Source: Octopus vulgaris
Taxonomy: Eukaryota
DNA length: 64,000 nt
Reading direction: 5' to 3'
Assembly: GCA_951406725.2 (NCBI GenBank)
Contig: OX597815.1
Span: forward strand, 59,768,001-59,832,000
A program made the position numbers and the translations under genes. The notes under the pieces were generated by a model. That model made no database searches and was not told the DNA's origin. It was given only the letters and a program-made list of their open reading frames with translations. Each line of letters opens with the position of its first letter. Position 1 is the first letter of the stretch. Below, piece after piece: positions 1-14,663 of this stretch.

Positions 1-177
1 TTTTAGGTGATTGTGATAAAGCAGCCTCTCCTAAAGTTGCATCCCATTGTGCACCATCTTCTAACAGACCTTGTCGATAGCAGGCTTCTCTGTATGTTGT
101 GTAGACATGTCCATGAACGGTTTTTAGGGCCTGGAAAGACGTTGGCCCTCTGACCTCATGCAGTAGTAGACGAAGGT

Positions 178-270
178 AGAAGACACATGCCAAGTCACCA
201 CACAGTGGAACTGAACCCAGGACCATGTGTTTGGAACGTAGTTTGTTACCACACAGCCACACCTGCCCCT
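178..270 (-). mobile_element. tRNA-derived SINE, family A, 5' head fragment
   Basis: Minus strand reads GGTGTGGCTGTGTGGTAAC...GGTTCAGTTCCACTGTGTGG (A/B-box-like), matching the head of the fuller copy at 12191. Confidence 0.65.
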
Positions 271-1334
271 AGGTATATGTGTGTGTGTGCGTATGTGTGT
301 ATGGGTAGATATATTATGCATGTATATATGTGTATATATATGTGTACATATTACATGTACATCTATATATATATACATCTACACATAAAATACAAAATAC
401 AAAGTTATATCTTGATATCGCTAGTGATAACAATACTCAAAATATATAACAGACTGGAATTGTAGGCCTGTCTCTTGCAATTCCGATCAATTGGATCTTG
501 TCTTTCCTCTTGTATAGAAGTGTACGGCTGCAGCGAAATTAATTTTTGGACTTTCTTCTATCGAAGGCATTTTAACAAAAATGCTTCCGTAAAGATGGTG
601 AATATATTGTCAATTTCCCCAAACAAGGACACAATTCAATTTTTAAACAATAACCAAAACCCCTTCTCCGAAAGGGGGAGGGTTACGGTTTACAATTATT
701 TAACAAATCCAACACAATAACGTTTCCCTGACGAGGATCCAACAAACGTGATTACAATAGTCAAACAGTAATAATAATAACAACAAACCTTTTTAATTTA
801 TCCCCATTTATGTGAAACCACTTATTCAAGTTCAAGTCATTGATGCAATTTTATACGAATTGCTAATATACACACACACACACACACATAATAAGGGTGA
901 AAAATTGAATATTAATTTGATTAATATGAATTGAAAACCAGTGGTGTAGCATATAAGACCATAGCGGATCTTCTTCTAGCAAAATGGATGACCACTTGTT
1001 AATGGTTCATCCTTATTATATAATACTTTCGCTTTAATAGTTTCAGTATTAAAGTGAAAGTGTCTGCATTACAAAGAGAGATGTTTTTGTTTCACTTTTA
1101 ACACGTAATACTGAAATAGTGGAGAAGATATGATATTACTGTGGGGTCGCCCCAGGCAAAAAGTTAAGATTTTTTGCCGATGACACTCCCCGGACCTTAA
1201 GTAAGGCATGTGTAAAATTTGAATGAAATACCATTTGCTGTTCATTTGGTAGAATTAGTATCAGTAGCAATATCATCATTATCATCATCGTTATCATCGC
1301 CATCATCATCGTCGTCGTCCTTGTCACTATCAGT

Positions 1335-1738
1335 ATTCTTTTATTCTTTTACTCGTTTCAGTCATTTGACTGCGGCCATGCTGGAGCACTGCCTTGAAGG
1401 GTCTTAGTTAAACAAATCGAACCTAGGGCTTGTTTTTAAGCTTAATACTTATTCTCTCGGTCATTTTTGCCGATCTGCTAAGTTACGGGGACGTAAACAC
1501 ACCAGCAACGGTTGTCAAGTGGTGATGCGGGACAAACACAGACACAAAAACACATACACATAGATATATACATGAATATATACGGCGGGATTCTTTCAGT
1601 TTCCGTCTACCAAATCCGCCCACAAGGCTTGGTCTGCCCGAGACTATACTAGATGATACTTACCCAAGATACCACGCAGTGGGTCTGAACCCAAAACCAT
1701 GTGGTTGGGAAGCAAACTTCTTACCACACAGCCATGCC
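1335..1738 (-). mobile_element. tRNA-derived SINE, family A, near full length
   Basis: Head TGGCTGTGTGGTAAGAAG...GGTTCAGACCC, internal microsatellite and tail GTGCTCCAGCATGGCCGCAGTCAAATGACTGAAAC shared with several other copies in the window. Confidence 0.85.
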
Positions 1739-2397
1739 AGACCACCAAAGTGGTGAGCCCCTATGCAGTGACTCCACCTGCTAAATGTAGCAACCAAATC
1801 TCCCTCAAATTTCCCCCTCACCTTTGCCATCATAAAAGAAGAAAGAAACGTTGGACAATGATTTCTAAGTGACTACTAGAATAGCTTTGATCATGAGTCT
1901 ACCTAATGTAGACTGATCTGGATTTAATGTAAATATAATTGTATTGAAGTAATGTAATTTTATTTTAATGAAATAACAACAATAGGGGCGGAGGCAAAAG
2001 AAATAGGAAAGGAAATTGCAAGGGGTGGCGATGAAATGTAGGAATATCAAGGAGGAGGAGGAGGAGGAGGTATCACCCGTAAGAATACGAAGCAAATGTT
2101 GCAGAAACATTTTTTTACAAAGAAAAAACAACGTTGGTAAAATATTCACAATATCTTTTAAAATATTAGTTATTAAGATATTGCTTGTTTTTGGAAAACT
2201 AATGGAAACTATTTTCCTACATATTAATTCATCTCCGCAATATCTTTGTACCTTTATATGGTACATCTATGTTATATATATATATATATCGATATATAAC
2301 GTATGGGTACGTGAGTGTCGTGGCTTTTTGGTAAATCCTTTACATCCATTGCTTCCATTTATTACACATAGACATATGTGTGTATATGTATATATAT

Positions 2398-2670
2398 TGT
2401 AGTATGATGGAGGAAAAGACAACAGAAAAAGAAGCAAACGGGAGAAAGAAATACAAAGAGCCTTACCTGTTGGCCTCGGCGGAATAAGCGATCACTCTCA
2501 ACAAATAAACGCGTCTCTGCTCGAACTGACCAAACGTGCTTCCTACCCATACATGCCCCTGTGGCTCTTCCGCCGGCCCCTGCAGTCTTCACTTCTCTTT
2601 TACCTCATCTGCAATCCTCTCCACCAACACAACATAGATCATCACAGCCTATAACACCGCTAACACCACA
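2398..2670 (-). repeat. 3' LTR
   Basis: TG...CA termini; similar to 4368-4653; preceded on the element strand by a G-rich PPT. Confidence 0.9.
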
Positions 2671-2740
2671 CGACCCCCCCCCTAATCTACAGATCACTCG
2701 ACCAGCCTTCCCACTCACTCCTCGCTCCCGAACTCACACC

Positions 2741-3560
2741 TTAACTGGTTTCATAATCAGCCAACCATGGAGGAGGGTGCCGCTCCCTCTGTGGTCGCCG
2801 TGCGACCTCGGGACTGGCGTTGAGAATTGTTGCCATAATCTTTGGCGCTGAATTCAGCCCGAACCCCAACCTGGTCAGACAGTATGTCCGGCCCTTATAC
2901 CTAACAAGCTGATACTTGCACAGTTTCTCAGCCACAGGTATGCCGACTTCAAATCGACGATTGTGGAGGCCCCTGTCATCTGCCTCCACTCTCGCAAGGT
3001 GTCTCCGCAGACATCTGTGGCCTCGCCGCCTGTATGACATGATACGTGGTCGTTCAGCTCTCGGAAGTCAAGCACTGGCCTGACCTTATGCTTTGTGGGC
3101 TGTACCACCGCCATCAGTGGTAGGACTCCGCTCTCTACTTCTTCCCAAGGGATCAATATGCCCTCTTTAATCCACCGTTCTACCTCCCCCTCGAACTCAC
3201 TTGAGGCATCTCCTTTTAGAGTATGCTGATAGCAGCCCACTTTATTTTTTAACATCGGAGTCTCTCCCTTCCAGTGCCACTCTACTGTCCACCTCTGGTC
3301 TTCAATGGCGGGTGCAGCATACTTTTCTTCACGGTTCTCACCAATGCTCGCAGCGTCAGCCTTATTCCCTGCACCACAATCTGCGCATCTGTAATGCCTT
3401 CACAGTGTACCTCCCTTCCGTCGACTGCTCTTACACTGCTTTCTCCACTCCACGTCTCTACCACCTCTGGAGTCATCAGGGTCGTCGTACAGCCCGTGTC
3501 CACAAGGGCTCGTGACATCTTCCCCTCCACCAGAATGTCGACTACAGATAATGATGATAA
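2741..3560 (-). pseudogene. pol: Broken pol: protease, N-terminal RT, then integrase-like C-tail
   Basis: ALVDTGCTTTL (protease); RPVLDFRELN, IVDLKSAY, LGFGLNSAPKIM (RT); then RRPQRERHPPPWLADY; several frameshifts. Confidence 0.85.
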
Positions 3561-3568
3561 ACGCGCCT

Positions 3569-4261
3569 CTATTGATCCACAGGGACAACTACCGACGCAG
3601 TAGTCACCCTTAGACCGCTTCCCCGCAGACATTCGCTGGCTATATGTCCCGTTTCTCGACACCGGTAGCAAGTGACCTCAGGCTTGGGTGACTCACAGTC
3701 TCGGACCATGTGCAGGCCCTGACACCGGAAACACTGTCCTTTGAATGGTCGCACACGTTCTTTCTTTGACCCCTCTCCGCTGCTCCTTGCTCGGCCACTT
3801 TTCGTTGTTGCAGTCGCTGCTACCGACGTCGTCCTGCAGCACGAAACTAGCACGCGAGCCCGAGATACAATGTCTGCCATCGCCATCGAGTTAATGTTCG
3901 GCAGCTTCTGCAACTCGACCGACATGTGGTCAGGAAAGCCAGTCACAAACGCTAACTTAACCGTTCGGTCCAGCGATTCTCTCTCATATCCCGCTAGTTT
4001 AGACAATCTTCTGAGTTCGTTTGCAAATGCGTCAACCCGTTCCCCAGTCCATTTTGCTTTTCCCAGGCGAGCGTACGCTTCGAACATTCCCTCTGCAAGG
4101 GCCTCCATCAAACGGATTTCTATTTTCTCCGCGCTAAGTTGGTCCCTCTTTTCCATTTCTAGGTACAGCGCCAACGCCGAACCATCTAAGTACAGCGATA
4201 TAAAGCTCGCAAGTCGTTTATACCGTGGAGCTTCGCCACCAACTTCATCTTCTTCAACCAA
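3569..4261 (-). pseudogene. gag: Gag with two CCHC zinc knuckles
   Basis: CFRCQGLHMVRDC and CYRCRETGHIASEC in the 230-aa ORF. Confidence 0.88.
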
Positions 4262-4367
4262 GCAACCACATACGTGTCACTGCAAAACGGTTTGACCATA
4301 TCGTTCGAAATACGGACAACACTCAACATTCGTTTTTGGGTTTTTTCTGTTATGAGCCGAAATAGCT

Positions 4368-4653
4368 TGTAGTGTGATGGAGGAAAAGGACAACAGAAAA
4401 AGAAGCAAACGGGAGAAAGAAATACAAAGGGCCTTAGCTGTTGGCCTCGGCGGAATAAGCGATCACTCTCAAGAAATAAATACGTCTTTGCTCGCTGGCG
4501 TCTCTGCTCGAACTGACCACACGTGCTTCCTGCTCACGCATGCCCGGCTCTTCCGCCGGCCCCTGCAGTCTTCGCTTCCCTTTTAACTCATCTGCAATCC
4601 TTTCCACCAACACCACATATCTCATCACAGCCCATAACACCGCTAACACCATA
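4368..4653 (-). repeat. 5' LTR
   Basis: Direct repeat of 2398-2670 with a short extra segment; terminal TG reads TA at the microsatellite edge. Confidence 0.88.
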
Positions 4654-4759
4654 TATATATATATATATATATATTTCGGAATGGTCATATTGCCAGTTTA
4701 GCCAATAAAAACACACGCACTATATATTTGGTGTTATTTTGCACAACAAATATTTAAAC

Positions 4760-4863
<104 letters not shown>

Positions 4864-5024
4864 GAGTGTATTTTTACCTTGTTAACAATTAATACGGAAA
4901 AATAAATAAATAGTTACCAGGGCAGCAAAAATCTCACATGTAAAGGTGTTGTAACTCCTTGTTTATAAAGGTAGAAACTTCGTATTTACGTTGAATATTT
5001 GAATAATATGAATAAAAAATAGAG

Positions 5025-5499
5025 TTAACGCAGGTGTAAACAAATATTTTTACTTTCGACACATGTTTCGAAAATTCCACTGATACTATTCAAAAGAATA
5101 AATGGTATAAACAATGCAATCTTCTCTTCGGGAGCATACAGATATAAGCATTGGCAAAAACATACATTTAGTGCATATAAGTAGTCTATCATTATATATA
5201 ATTTAAACTTTAATTTCCTTTATATTTAACATTCACTATTAATATCCCTACTCTTTCTGTTAGCTACTTATGACGTTATATCATATAACGTTTTTTTAAA
5301 ACAATATTAATAGCGTTCTGTCTATCGCTATACAAATCCATCATTTTTTTGCTAAAATGTCGTATTGACGAGTTTCGTTTTTTTCACTTTCCCGAAGAGA
5401 AGATTGCATTGTTTATACCATTTATTCTTTTGAATAGTATCAGTGGAATTTTCGAAACATGTGTCGAAAGTAAAAATATTTGTTTACACCTGCGTTAAC
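5025..5499. repeat. Inverted repeat (~110-bp arms) carrying an HHR-like motif; PLE pseudo-LTR-like
   Basis: 5025-5133 is the reverse complement of 5390-5499. Confidence 0.85.
5386..5471 (+). ncRNA. Type I hammerhead-like motif, core variant CCGAAGA (mirror copy 5052-5133 on minus strand)
   Basis: ACTTTC-CCGAAGA-GAAGATT...AATTTTC-GAAA-CATGT-GTC-GAAAGT; homologous to the canonical copy at 29605. Confidence 0.65.
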
Positions 5500-5514
5500 A
5501 CCTGTGTATATATA

Positions 5515-5549
<35 letters not shown>

Positions 5550-6416
5550 GTATATATACACTCGTGCACACCCATACATACACATAAACATACGTGTACA
5601 CACTCACACGCGGGCACACACACACACAAACATACATCTAAGTTCAAAAACAAACTGTTTGTATCGATTTTACTTCAAAGTATAAGTCTTGCCGACGCAG
5701 AACAATACCGCCTTATTGGAGTCTGTTTCATCATGTGTGTTGTGTATTTGTCTGTTTGTGCATGTGTGCGTGTGTGAAATTTCAAAACGTGCCTTCCATT
5801 ATCTTTTATGTATTTATTCATCCATTTATTTATTCCCTCTCCGTTTATCCAATTTCTCTCAACAAATGCGGATGAAGCTGTTAAAAGTAATGTCCCTTCT
5901 ATAAAGTAGCCAATGTTTGTCTGGAGTAGCCTCCCTTGGATGCCATAATCTCCAACTGTCAATTGATTCTGAGTTGAAAATGTAGGTCTCTGTTGAGCCC
6001 CTGGAACAGTTTTGTGTTTCAGTAAAACCCCATACCACATCTTCTTTTACCAAGGGATTGCCTAGAACTTCTGAGAGAATCTGTAGTGTTGGCTCCTTTG
6101 GACATTTTTACGTTGCAACGTTCAAATCACGACCGAGTTAAAATAAAATTTTGCATTTCATCTTGCCGAAGCCGATTTCCTGAAAAGAAAATCAGGAAAA
6201 AAAAAAGAAGAAAAGAAAGAATGAAAACCATGATGAATAGAATTATAATTTTAAAAATTAACTGTTAACTTCGAGTTTAAGAAGACGAGGGAAGACGTGA
6301 GAGAGAATCGATCATTGAAGTAAATGTATATAAGAATGAACGCATACGTCCATACACATACATATACACTCATACACACACACACACACATACACACATA
6401 TGCACTCATATATATG

Positions 6417-6616
6417 ATTTTACTTGTTTCACTCTTGACTGTGGCTATACTGGACCACCGCTTTAAAGTGCAAATGTATTGAGAGAAAAGTCGAAGATAT
6501 TGACCCCAGGACTTATTGTTTGTAAGCCTAGTGTTTATTCAATCGGTCTCTTTTGTCGAACTGCTAGATAACAGGGACGTAAACACAACTTCGGTTGTCA
6601 AGCAATGGTGGGGTGC

Positions 6617-6625
<9 letters not shown>
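6417..6625 (-). mobile_element. SINE family A, 3' half, diverged
   Basis: GACTGTGGCTATACTGGACCACCG...GGGACGTAAACAC...GGTTGTCAAGC. Confidence 0.7.
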
Positions 6626-6652
<27 letters not shown>

Positions 6653-6674
6653 TGTGCGCGCGCGCGTGGGCACA

Positions 6675-7330
6675 GCAAAGTGCAAATGTATTGAGAGAAA
6701 AGTTGGACATTAGAGGAATCAAATGTAGCATGCAAGAGAGAAGACTATCTTGGTTTGAATATGTGATGCGTATGAATGAAGACAGTTGCATAACGGAATG
6801 CCGATCACTTAAAGTGGATGGTATCCGCGGAAGCGGGAGACACAGGAAGACGTGGGATGAAGTGGTAAGGATCGATCTCAGGATTTTGGGCCTCACAGAG
6901 GAAATGACAATGGACCGAGATGTCTGGCGATATGCAGTTCTAAAGAAGATCCGCCCACGTCAGCAAAACTGTGTTCTAGAAGCGCTGAGTGTCCCACCCA
7001 CACTTAACAAGAAAACTTCTCACTCACTCTATCACAACAAAACAAACTACGTCTCTACATCTTTTCTCTTCCTTACATTTCCGCTTCATGCACTATGCTT
7101 ACTTCCGACTCCCCAATCCCGTTATCTTGGCCCTGTGTCACTCTATCATTGCTCTCCGCTAATCCCCAACATGTGTTCCACCCACATGTAACAAGAAAAC
7201 TTTTCACTCACCCTACCTCAACAAACCAATCTACATTTCCACATCTCTTCCTCACATTTCTTCCTTCATACACTATGTCTAGCTCCCACGGCCCTGTTCC
7301 TCTGTATCATTGCTATAGGGTGGTCCCCTC
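6675..7330 (+). mobile_element. RTE-clade LINE 3' fragment with probable 3' UTR
   Basis: RRLSWFEYVMRM...GIRGSGRHRKTWDEVVRIDL...DRDVWR is a typical RTE C-terminus; downstream sequence contains a ~185-bp imperfect duplication. Confidence 0.75.
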
Positions 7331-7645
7331 ACTTTATATATACCCAGGTTTCCGCCACTCACTCCCCCACTCCGCACTCTTTAATTACACTTCCTTCACA
7401 ATATCCTGCCACTTATGGAGTATGCCCTGGCACTCGTCGCCGTCTATATCTCTCTCTTCTTTTACTCAACCATCCCATTAATATTCTAATCCCCGTCCTT
7501 TGTGAGTATGCCAAGCATTTTGCCACCATTTCTATTCTGCTGTCTCTCAATCCCTCTCTCCTTCTCCTATACTTCCCTCGGGTTGGGTAATCATGTATTT
7601 CCTTTGTGATAGCACACCTTTTTCTGTCTTCAATCCTGGTCTCTG

Positions 7646-7727
<82 letters not shown>

Positions 7728-8073
7728 GCTCTCTCTCTCCGAGATGATATTAACATCAATCAACAAAGCAGTCTACCATGGACCAACTACTGGATTACTA
7801 CTGTTACAAGGTTGTTACCACTGTTACAAATAATATTGGTTACTGTAACCTTCAATGGCATTGTTACTACTGGAACCAGAGATTAATTAAGAAGCAAAAT
7901 TCCTCGTGTTACGAAATGTCAAAAGCGTTCTTAGCTGGAATAAACAAAAGAAACTTCTTTGAACTTCACAAATAATCTAATACAATTCAGAACAGGTAGG
8001 AATTCAGCTATGACATGCTTCGATTGAAGTGGTACATGAATAAAGAAGCGTACATACTATCTTGCCTTGTCAC

Positions 8074-8430
8074 GTTTCAGTCCCACTGCGTGGCACATTG
8101 CGTGTCTTCTACTATAGCCTCGGGACGACCAAAGGTAGGCGGAAAATGAAAGGTAGATGGAAACTAAAAGAAGCCCGTCGTATATGTATATATATAGATG
8201 TGTGTGTGTGAGTGTGTGTGTATGTTTGTGTGTTTGTGTTTGTCCCCACAACATCACTTGACAACAGATACTGGTGTGTTTACGTCCCCGTAACTTAGCG
8301 GTTTGGCAAAAGGAACCGACAGAATAAGTACTAGGCTTACAAAAAATACGTCCTGGGTTGGTTTGCTCAACTAAAGGCGGCTCCAGCATGGCCAGAGTCA
8401 AATGACGGAAGAAAGTAAAAGAATAAAAGA
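8074..8430 (+). mobile_element. SINE family A, 5'-truncated
   Basis: CAGTCCCACTGCGTGGC...TTTACGTCCCCGTAACTTAGCGG...CTCCAGCATGGCC. Confidence 0.8.
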
Positions 8431-8481
8431 ATATATATATACATCTCATTTACGTGTGTGTGTGTGTGTATACGACGGGCT

Positions 8482-8581
8482 NNNNNNNNNNNNNNNNNNN
8501 NNNNNNNNNNNNNNNNNNNNNNNNNNNNNNNNNNNNNNNNNNNNNNNNNNNNNNNNNNNNNNNNNNNNNNNNNNNNNNNNN
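8482..8581. other. Assembly gap (100 N)
   Basis: Run of 100 Ns. Confidence 1.
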
Positions 8582-8975
8582 CTTCCAATGCGCCAGAGAA
8601 AAAATTTGTTTGCTTGTTATCAGTCGTAAGACACGTGTTGTTTTCACCGTTAATGCTTCTGTATTTCATGTTTCTGTATTCCATTATTGTTTTTTGTTTT
8701 TTTATATCTGTCCCTTTTGCTGTCCTGGTGTTCGTATGCATTCGATCCTTCTTCCAGGAAATCTACGCTTCCAGCTTAGTTTTTCTAATGCTCGTTGCTT
8801 AGTTTTTCCTGGAGGGCTGGCCGTGATCTAGTAATCTCAAGATTAATCAGCCGAAATTACTACGATGATCCGGTTCTTGACTGAAGACTGAGGGTTTCGA
8901 ATGTCCTGTCCGTGTTTATTGTATCGTCTTCTAAGAGTTATACGTTCTTGTCCATGTTGTATTTTTCTACATACC

Positions 8976-9038
<63 letters not shown>

Positions 9039-9443
9039 GTGTATATGTATATATATATATATGTGCTAGTGTATTTATATGTATGTATGTGTGTGTCTGT
9101 ATGTATATACATGGGCATATGTATATGTATATGTATGGATATTCGCATGTGTATGTATGTGGGTTCGTATGTATATTTATTTTATATGTTCTTTCATGTA
9201 TATTTATCTACTTCTTCCCTCCACTTAATAACAACAACAACAAACTAACTAAAAGCAATAGTCTTCTAATTTACCTAAAACTCTATTCAATTATTCTATT
9301 TATTCATTTATTTACTTTATCACTGATTCTTTTGACCACTCCCATAAGAACGACAGTTTGTGCCCTGCTTACCCGAAAAACGTCCCCCAGCACCCCATTA
9401 AATCTGCCTAAATGTATAAATACCAGAACTTATTTTGACAGCA

Positions 9444-9494
9444 AGCTTCCTGATGATTTCATTCGAATGAAACAGTCCTAGGCCTGTAGAAGCT
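9444..9494 (+). ncRNA. Type I hammerhead ribozyme
   Basis: AGCTTC-CTGATGA-T.TTC.ATTC.GAA.T-GAAA-CAG(loop)CT-GTA-GAAGCT; stem I AGCTTC/GAAGCT; GUA cleavage triplet. Confidence 0.75.
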
Positions 9495-9530
9495 CCTTCT
9501 ATAAAATATATATATATATATATATATATA

Positions 9531-9800
9531 AAACCTGTCCGTTTTAGGAGAAATGTGGAATTGAAAAGAATGTACCCTGTTTTTTTTTTGGCTCTCCTTC
9601 AAGCATCAATGATTTTGGGGTTAGGATGAGGTGAGTATGTGTGTCTCTGTCTGCATACATATACATGTGTGCATACATATACATGTGGTGTGAATAGATG
9701 TGTCTGTGTGTCTGTAGTATTTGGTCGGATGGTGTGTGTATATGTGTGCCCGCCCGTGTGCGCGCGTGTGCGCGTGTGTGCGGGCCATACACACACACTA
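9531..9800. repeat. ~270-bp dispersed repeat, direct copy at 13236-13505
   Basis: AACCTGTCCGTTTTAGGAGAAATG...GGGCCATACACACACACTAC, followed by (TA)n in both places. Confidence 0.85.
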
Positions 9801-9801
9801 C

Positions 9802-9875
<74 letters not shown>

Positions 9876-9918
9876 GTATATATATATATGTATATATATA
9901 TATGTATATATATATATG

Positions 9919-10084
<166 letters not shown>

Positions 10085-10167
10085 GGTCCCGGGTTGATTC
10101 GGGGTTAACCACAGTAAATAAGGTACTCAATACATAGCAGAGTAAAATTAATTTATTATATAGAAGG

Positions 10168-10218
10168 AGCTTCTACAGGACTAGAACTGTTTCATTCAAG
10201 AGAAATCTTCAGGAAGCT
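10168..10218 (-). ncRNA. Type I hammerhead ribozyme
   Basis: Reverse complement of the motif at 11116-11166. Confidence 0.75.
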
Positions 10219-10633
10219 AGTTAACAAGAATTGTGTTGGCATTTATACATTTAGGCAGGTTTATAGGGGTGGTGGTGGGGGACTTTTTTGGGGTAGGCAT
10301 AGCGCAAAAAAATCATACTTGGGGGAGTGGTCAAGGAGTCAGTGGTAAATTAGATAGAAGAATAAATAAAAGAATAAAAAAAGAATAAAAAAATAAAAAA
10401 ATATAATTATATAGAAGAATAGAATTTTAGGTAAATAAGGAAATTCTCAACACACACACATATACATACACACATACATACACGACCACACATACACATA
10501 CACACAAAAAAAATATATACATACACACACATACACATACTCACATACACACACATATCCACATACACACATGCACACACTACACACAAGTCCCTATATA
10601 CTCATATATACATATACACATATATGAATGTAT

Positions 10634-10680
<47 letters not shown>

Positions 10681-11115
10681 CATATGTGTACCCATTCACA
10701 CACATATATGTATGTATACACACACACACACATACATATATATACACATACATACATACATATGTGTACCTATTCATACCTACACATACACACATATATA
10801 TACATACAATTACAAACCCATTCCCTAATTTTAATTTTATTATCTTCATTTATTACTTTTGTTATCTTTGACCGCTGGTCACAAACATCTTGGCTAGTCC
10901 CTTTTATCTTTCTACTTGAGCACAAGCACTCACTCACGCACGCACACTCATTAGCACGCACACACACTCTCATCTTCTATCTAATTTACCACTGACTCCT
11001 TGACCACTCCCCCAAGTATGATATTTTTGCGCTATGCCTACCCCCAAAAAGTCCCCCACCACCACCCCTATAAACCTGCCTAAATGTATAAATGCCAACA
11101 CAATTCTTGTTAACT

Positions 11116-11166
11116 AGCTTCCTGAAGATTTCTCTTGAATGAAACAGTTCTAGTCCTGTAGAAGCT
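11116..11166 (+). ncRNA. Type I hammerhead ribozyme
   Basis: AGCTTC-CTGAAGA-TTTCTCTTGAAT-GAAA-CAGTTCTAGTCCT-GTA-GAAGCT. Confidence 0.75.
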
Positions 11167-11177
11167 CCTTCTATATA

Positions 11178-11265
<88 letters not shown>

Positions 11266-11285
11266 GTATATAAATATATGTATAC

Positions 11286-11333
<48 letters not shown>

Positions 11334-11364
11334 TTATATATATATATATGTATTTATATATAAA

Positions 11365-11401
<37 letters not shown>

Positions 11402-11405
<4 letters not shown>

Positions 11406-11992
11406 CCTTAAATCCTTAAAAATGTTATAGCCTGATAGGCCGCGGCCATGCTGGGGCACCACCGCTGAATGAGCTACACTAATTTGTGAATCCACCTCTG
11501 ATACGTGGCACTTGATGAACAAGGGAGTTCGATGCTGTTGCCCGCATCCGCATCTCCTGTCGTGAGGTAAGTTCATCTGGGACTCCCGACAAGAAGAGAT
11601 CCAGTTTAGTTTTAAAGAAACCCACATCCACACCATGTAAGTCTCTCAGGCTTTTAGGGAGGATGTTAAAGAGCTGTGGTCCTCTGAAACCCAAGCTGTT
11701 GCAGTATCTGGACCTGTATTTTGATGGTGATGTTGGAATCCTTGGCACTATGCAGTGGCGCCCCGTTCTGCGGTTGGGGTAACTTTGAATGCCAAAGTTT
11801 GGGACAAGACCCTCCAGGATTTTCCAGATGTATATCACCGCATATCTCTCCCGCCTCCGCTCTAGGGAGAAGAGGTTTAATACCTTCAGTCTTTCCCAGT
11901 AGCTGATATTTTGCATTGAGACGATTTTCTTTGTGTAGCTTCTCTGAATTGCTTCGAGTTCTGCTGTTAGTTTTATATTGTGTGGTGACCAC
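11402..11992 (-). mobile_element. CR1/L2-group LINE 3' fragment, related to the element at 38530
   Basis: [12 protein letters not shown]...[24 protein letters not shown]...[10 protein letters not shown]; 3' end GGTGCCCCAGCATGGCCGC. Confidence 0.88.
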
Positions 11993-12017
11993 ATATATAT
12001 ATATATGTGTGGTGACC

Positions 12018-12057
<40 letters not shown>

Positions 12058-12061
12058 GTAA

Positions 12062-12149
<88 letters not shown>

Positions 12150-12190
12150 ATATATATATGTATATGTATATAGATGTATATGTATATATA

Positions 12191-12598
12191 GGAGTGGCTG
12201 TGTGGTAAGTAGCTTGCTAACCAACCACATGGTTCCGGGTTCAGTCCCACTGCGTGGCATCTTGGGCAAGTGTCTTCTGCTATAGCCTCGGGCTGACCAA
12301 TGCCTTGTGAGTGGATTTGGTAGACGGAAACTGAAAGAAGTCTGTCGTATATATGTATATGTATATATATGTTTGTGCGTGTATGTTTGTGTGTCTGTGT
12401 TTGTCCCCCTAGCATTGATTGACAACCGATGCTGGTGTGTTTACGTCCCCGTCACATAGCGGTTCTGCAAAAGAAACCGATAGAATAAGTACTGGGCTTA
12501 CAAAGAATAAGTCCCGGGGTCGATTCGCTCGACTAAAGGCGGTGCTCCAGCATGGCCGCAGTCAAATGACTGAAACAAGTAAAAGAGTAAAAGAGTAT
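12191..12598 (+). mobile_element. SINE family A, full length
   Basis: A box TGGCTGTGTGG, B box GGTTCAGTCCC, CTTGGGCAAG, LINE-like tail and AAAAGAGT repeats; flanked by (TA)n. Confidence 0.9.
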
Positions 12599-12601
12599 AT
12601 G

Positions 12602-12640
<39 letters not shown>

Positions 12641-12711
12641 GTATATATATGCATATATATATATATATATACGAAAGAAGGTTTGAAAATGCAATTTTAA
12701 AAGATGTTTAT

Positions 12712-12755
12712 TTACTTTACCGGTTTCACTCTTTGGAAAAAGATTGTCAAAAGTA
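12712..12755 (-). ncRNA. Degenerate hammerhead (core TTGACAA)
   Basis: TTACTT-TTGACAA-TCTTT..AAAGA.GT-GAAA-CCG-GTA-AAGTAA; perfect 6-bp stem I and palindromic ACCGGT stem III. Confidence 0.5.
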
Positions 12756-13506
12756 ACATGTGGAAGTTTGGTTGCGTTAATTATTGGTTGTTGCAAATTG
12801 CTACATTACATATATATATACAGTCTTTGGTAACAGGGACATGTTAAGGACATAAAAAAAACTTCAACAAGTTCCTTAAAATATTGGGCAAAAAAGATTA
12901 CATAAATAATCGTTCTCAAGGACATACTTAAGATAGTTTCCAAGAAGGAATTGATATTGGTACTGTATCTGTATATTCAAACATGCACAGAATATTGGTT
13001 GACACAGAGTACTATAATCCATATAAATATACAGTCTTTGGTGACAACAGTATGTTGAGAATATAAAAAAAGTTTAACAAGCTCATTGAAATAATGGGCA
13101 GAAAGATTAAAACAAATATATTATACATCTCAGGGTAATTTCCATGAGGAATTATTAAAAAAAGTTCAGTATACACATACAGAATATTATGAGTTCAAAA
13201 AGATTTACATAATTGTAGTGGTGAAGTTGTCACTAACCTGTCCGTTTTAGGAGAAATGTGGAATTGAAAAGAATGTAGCCTGTTTTTTTTTTGGCTCTCC
13301 TTCAAGCATCAATGATTTTGGGGTTAGGATGAGGTGAGTATGTGTGTCTCTGTGTGTATGTGTGTGTGCATACATATACATGTGGTGTGAATAGATGTGT
13401 CTGTGTGTCTGTAGTATTTGGTCGGATGGTGTGTGTATATGTGTGCCCGCCCGTGTGCGCGCGTGTGCGCATCTACGCGTGTGTGCGGGCCATACACACA
13501 CACTAC

Positions 13507-14350
<844 letters not shown>

Positions 14351-14663
14351 CTCTCGCCCCTCCTCACCTATCCTTTCCCCCCGACCCCTACTTCTTCAGT
14401 CCTTCATCCTTTCACCCCTTCTCCCCTTCCCTTCTTCCCTCTTTCTCTCCTCCCTCCCTCTTCCCCTTCCCTCTGCTCCCTCACTCCCCCTCTCCCTCTT
14501 TCCTCCCCCTCCCCCTCCTCCCCTTCCTTCTCCCCCTCCTCTCCTCTTCCCCCCTCTTCTTCCCCTCCCCTTCTCTCCTCCCTCTTCTCCCCCTCCCCCT
14601 CTTCTCCTCACTACACCACACGACTTTACACATCACATCATATATGATGTGCCATACTAATAC

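Larger units (their letters stand above)
2398..4653 (-). mobile_element. Internally deleted Gypsy LTR retrotransposon inserted in (TA)n
   Basis: Direct LTRs at 2398-2670 and 4368-4653. Polypurine tract at 2671-2690 on the minus strand. Gag, protease and partial RT lie between the LTRs; TATAT flanks both ends. Confidence 0.92.

Noticed and set aside
5859-6179. Minus-strand exon candidate after a good splice acceptor
   Set aside because: The frames checked hit stops shortly after the acceptor and no homology was recognised.
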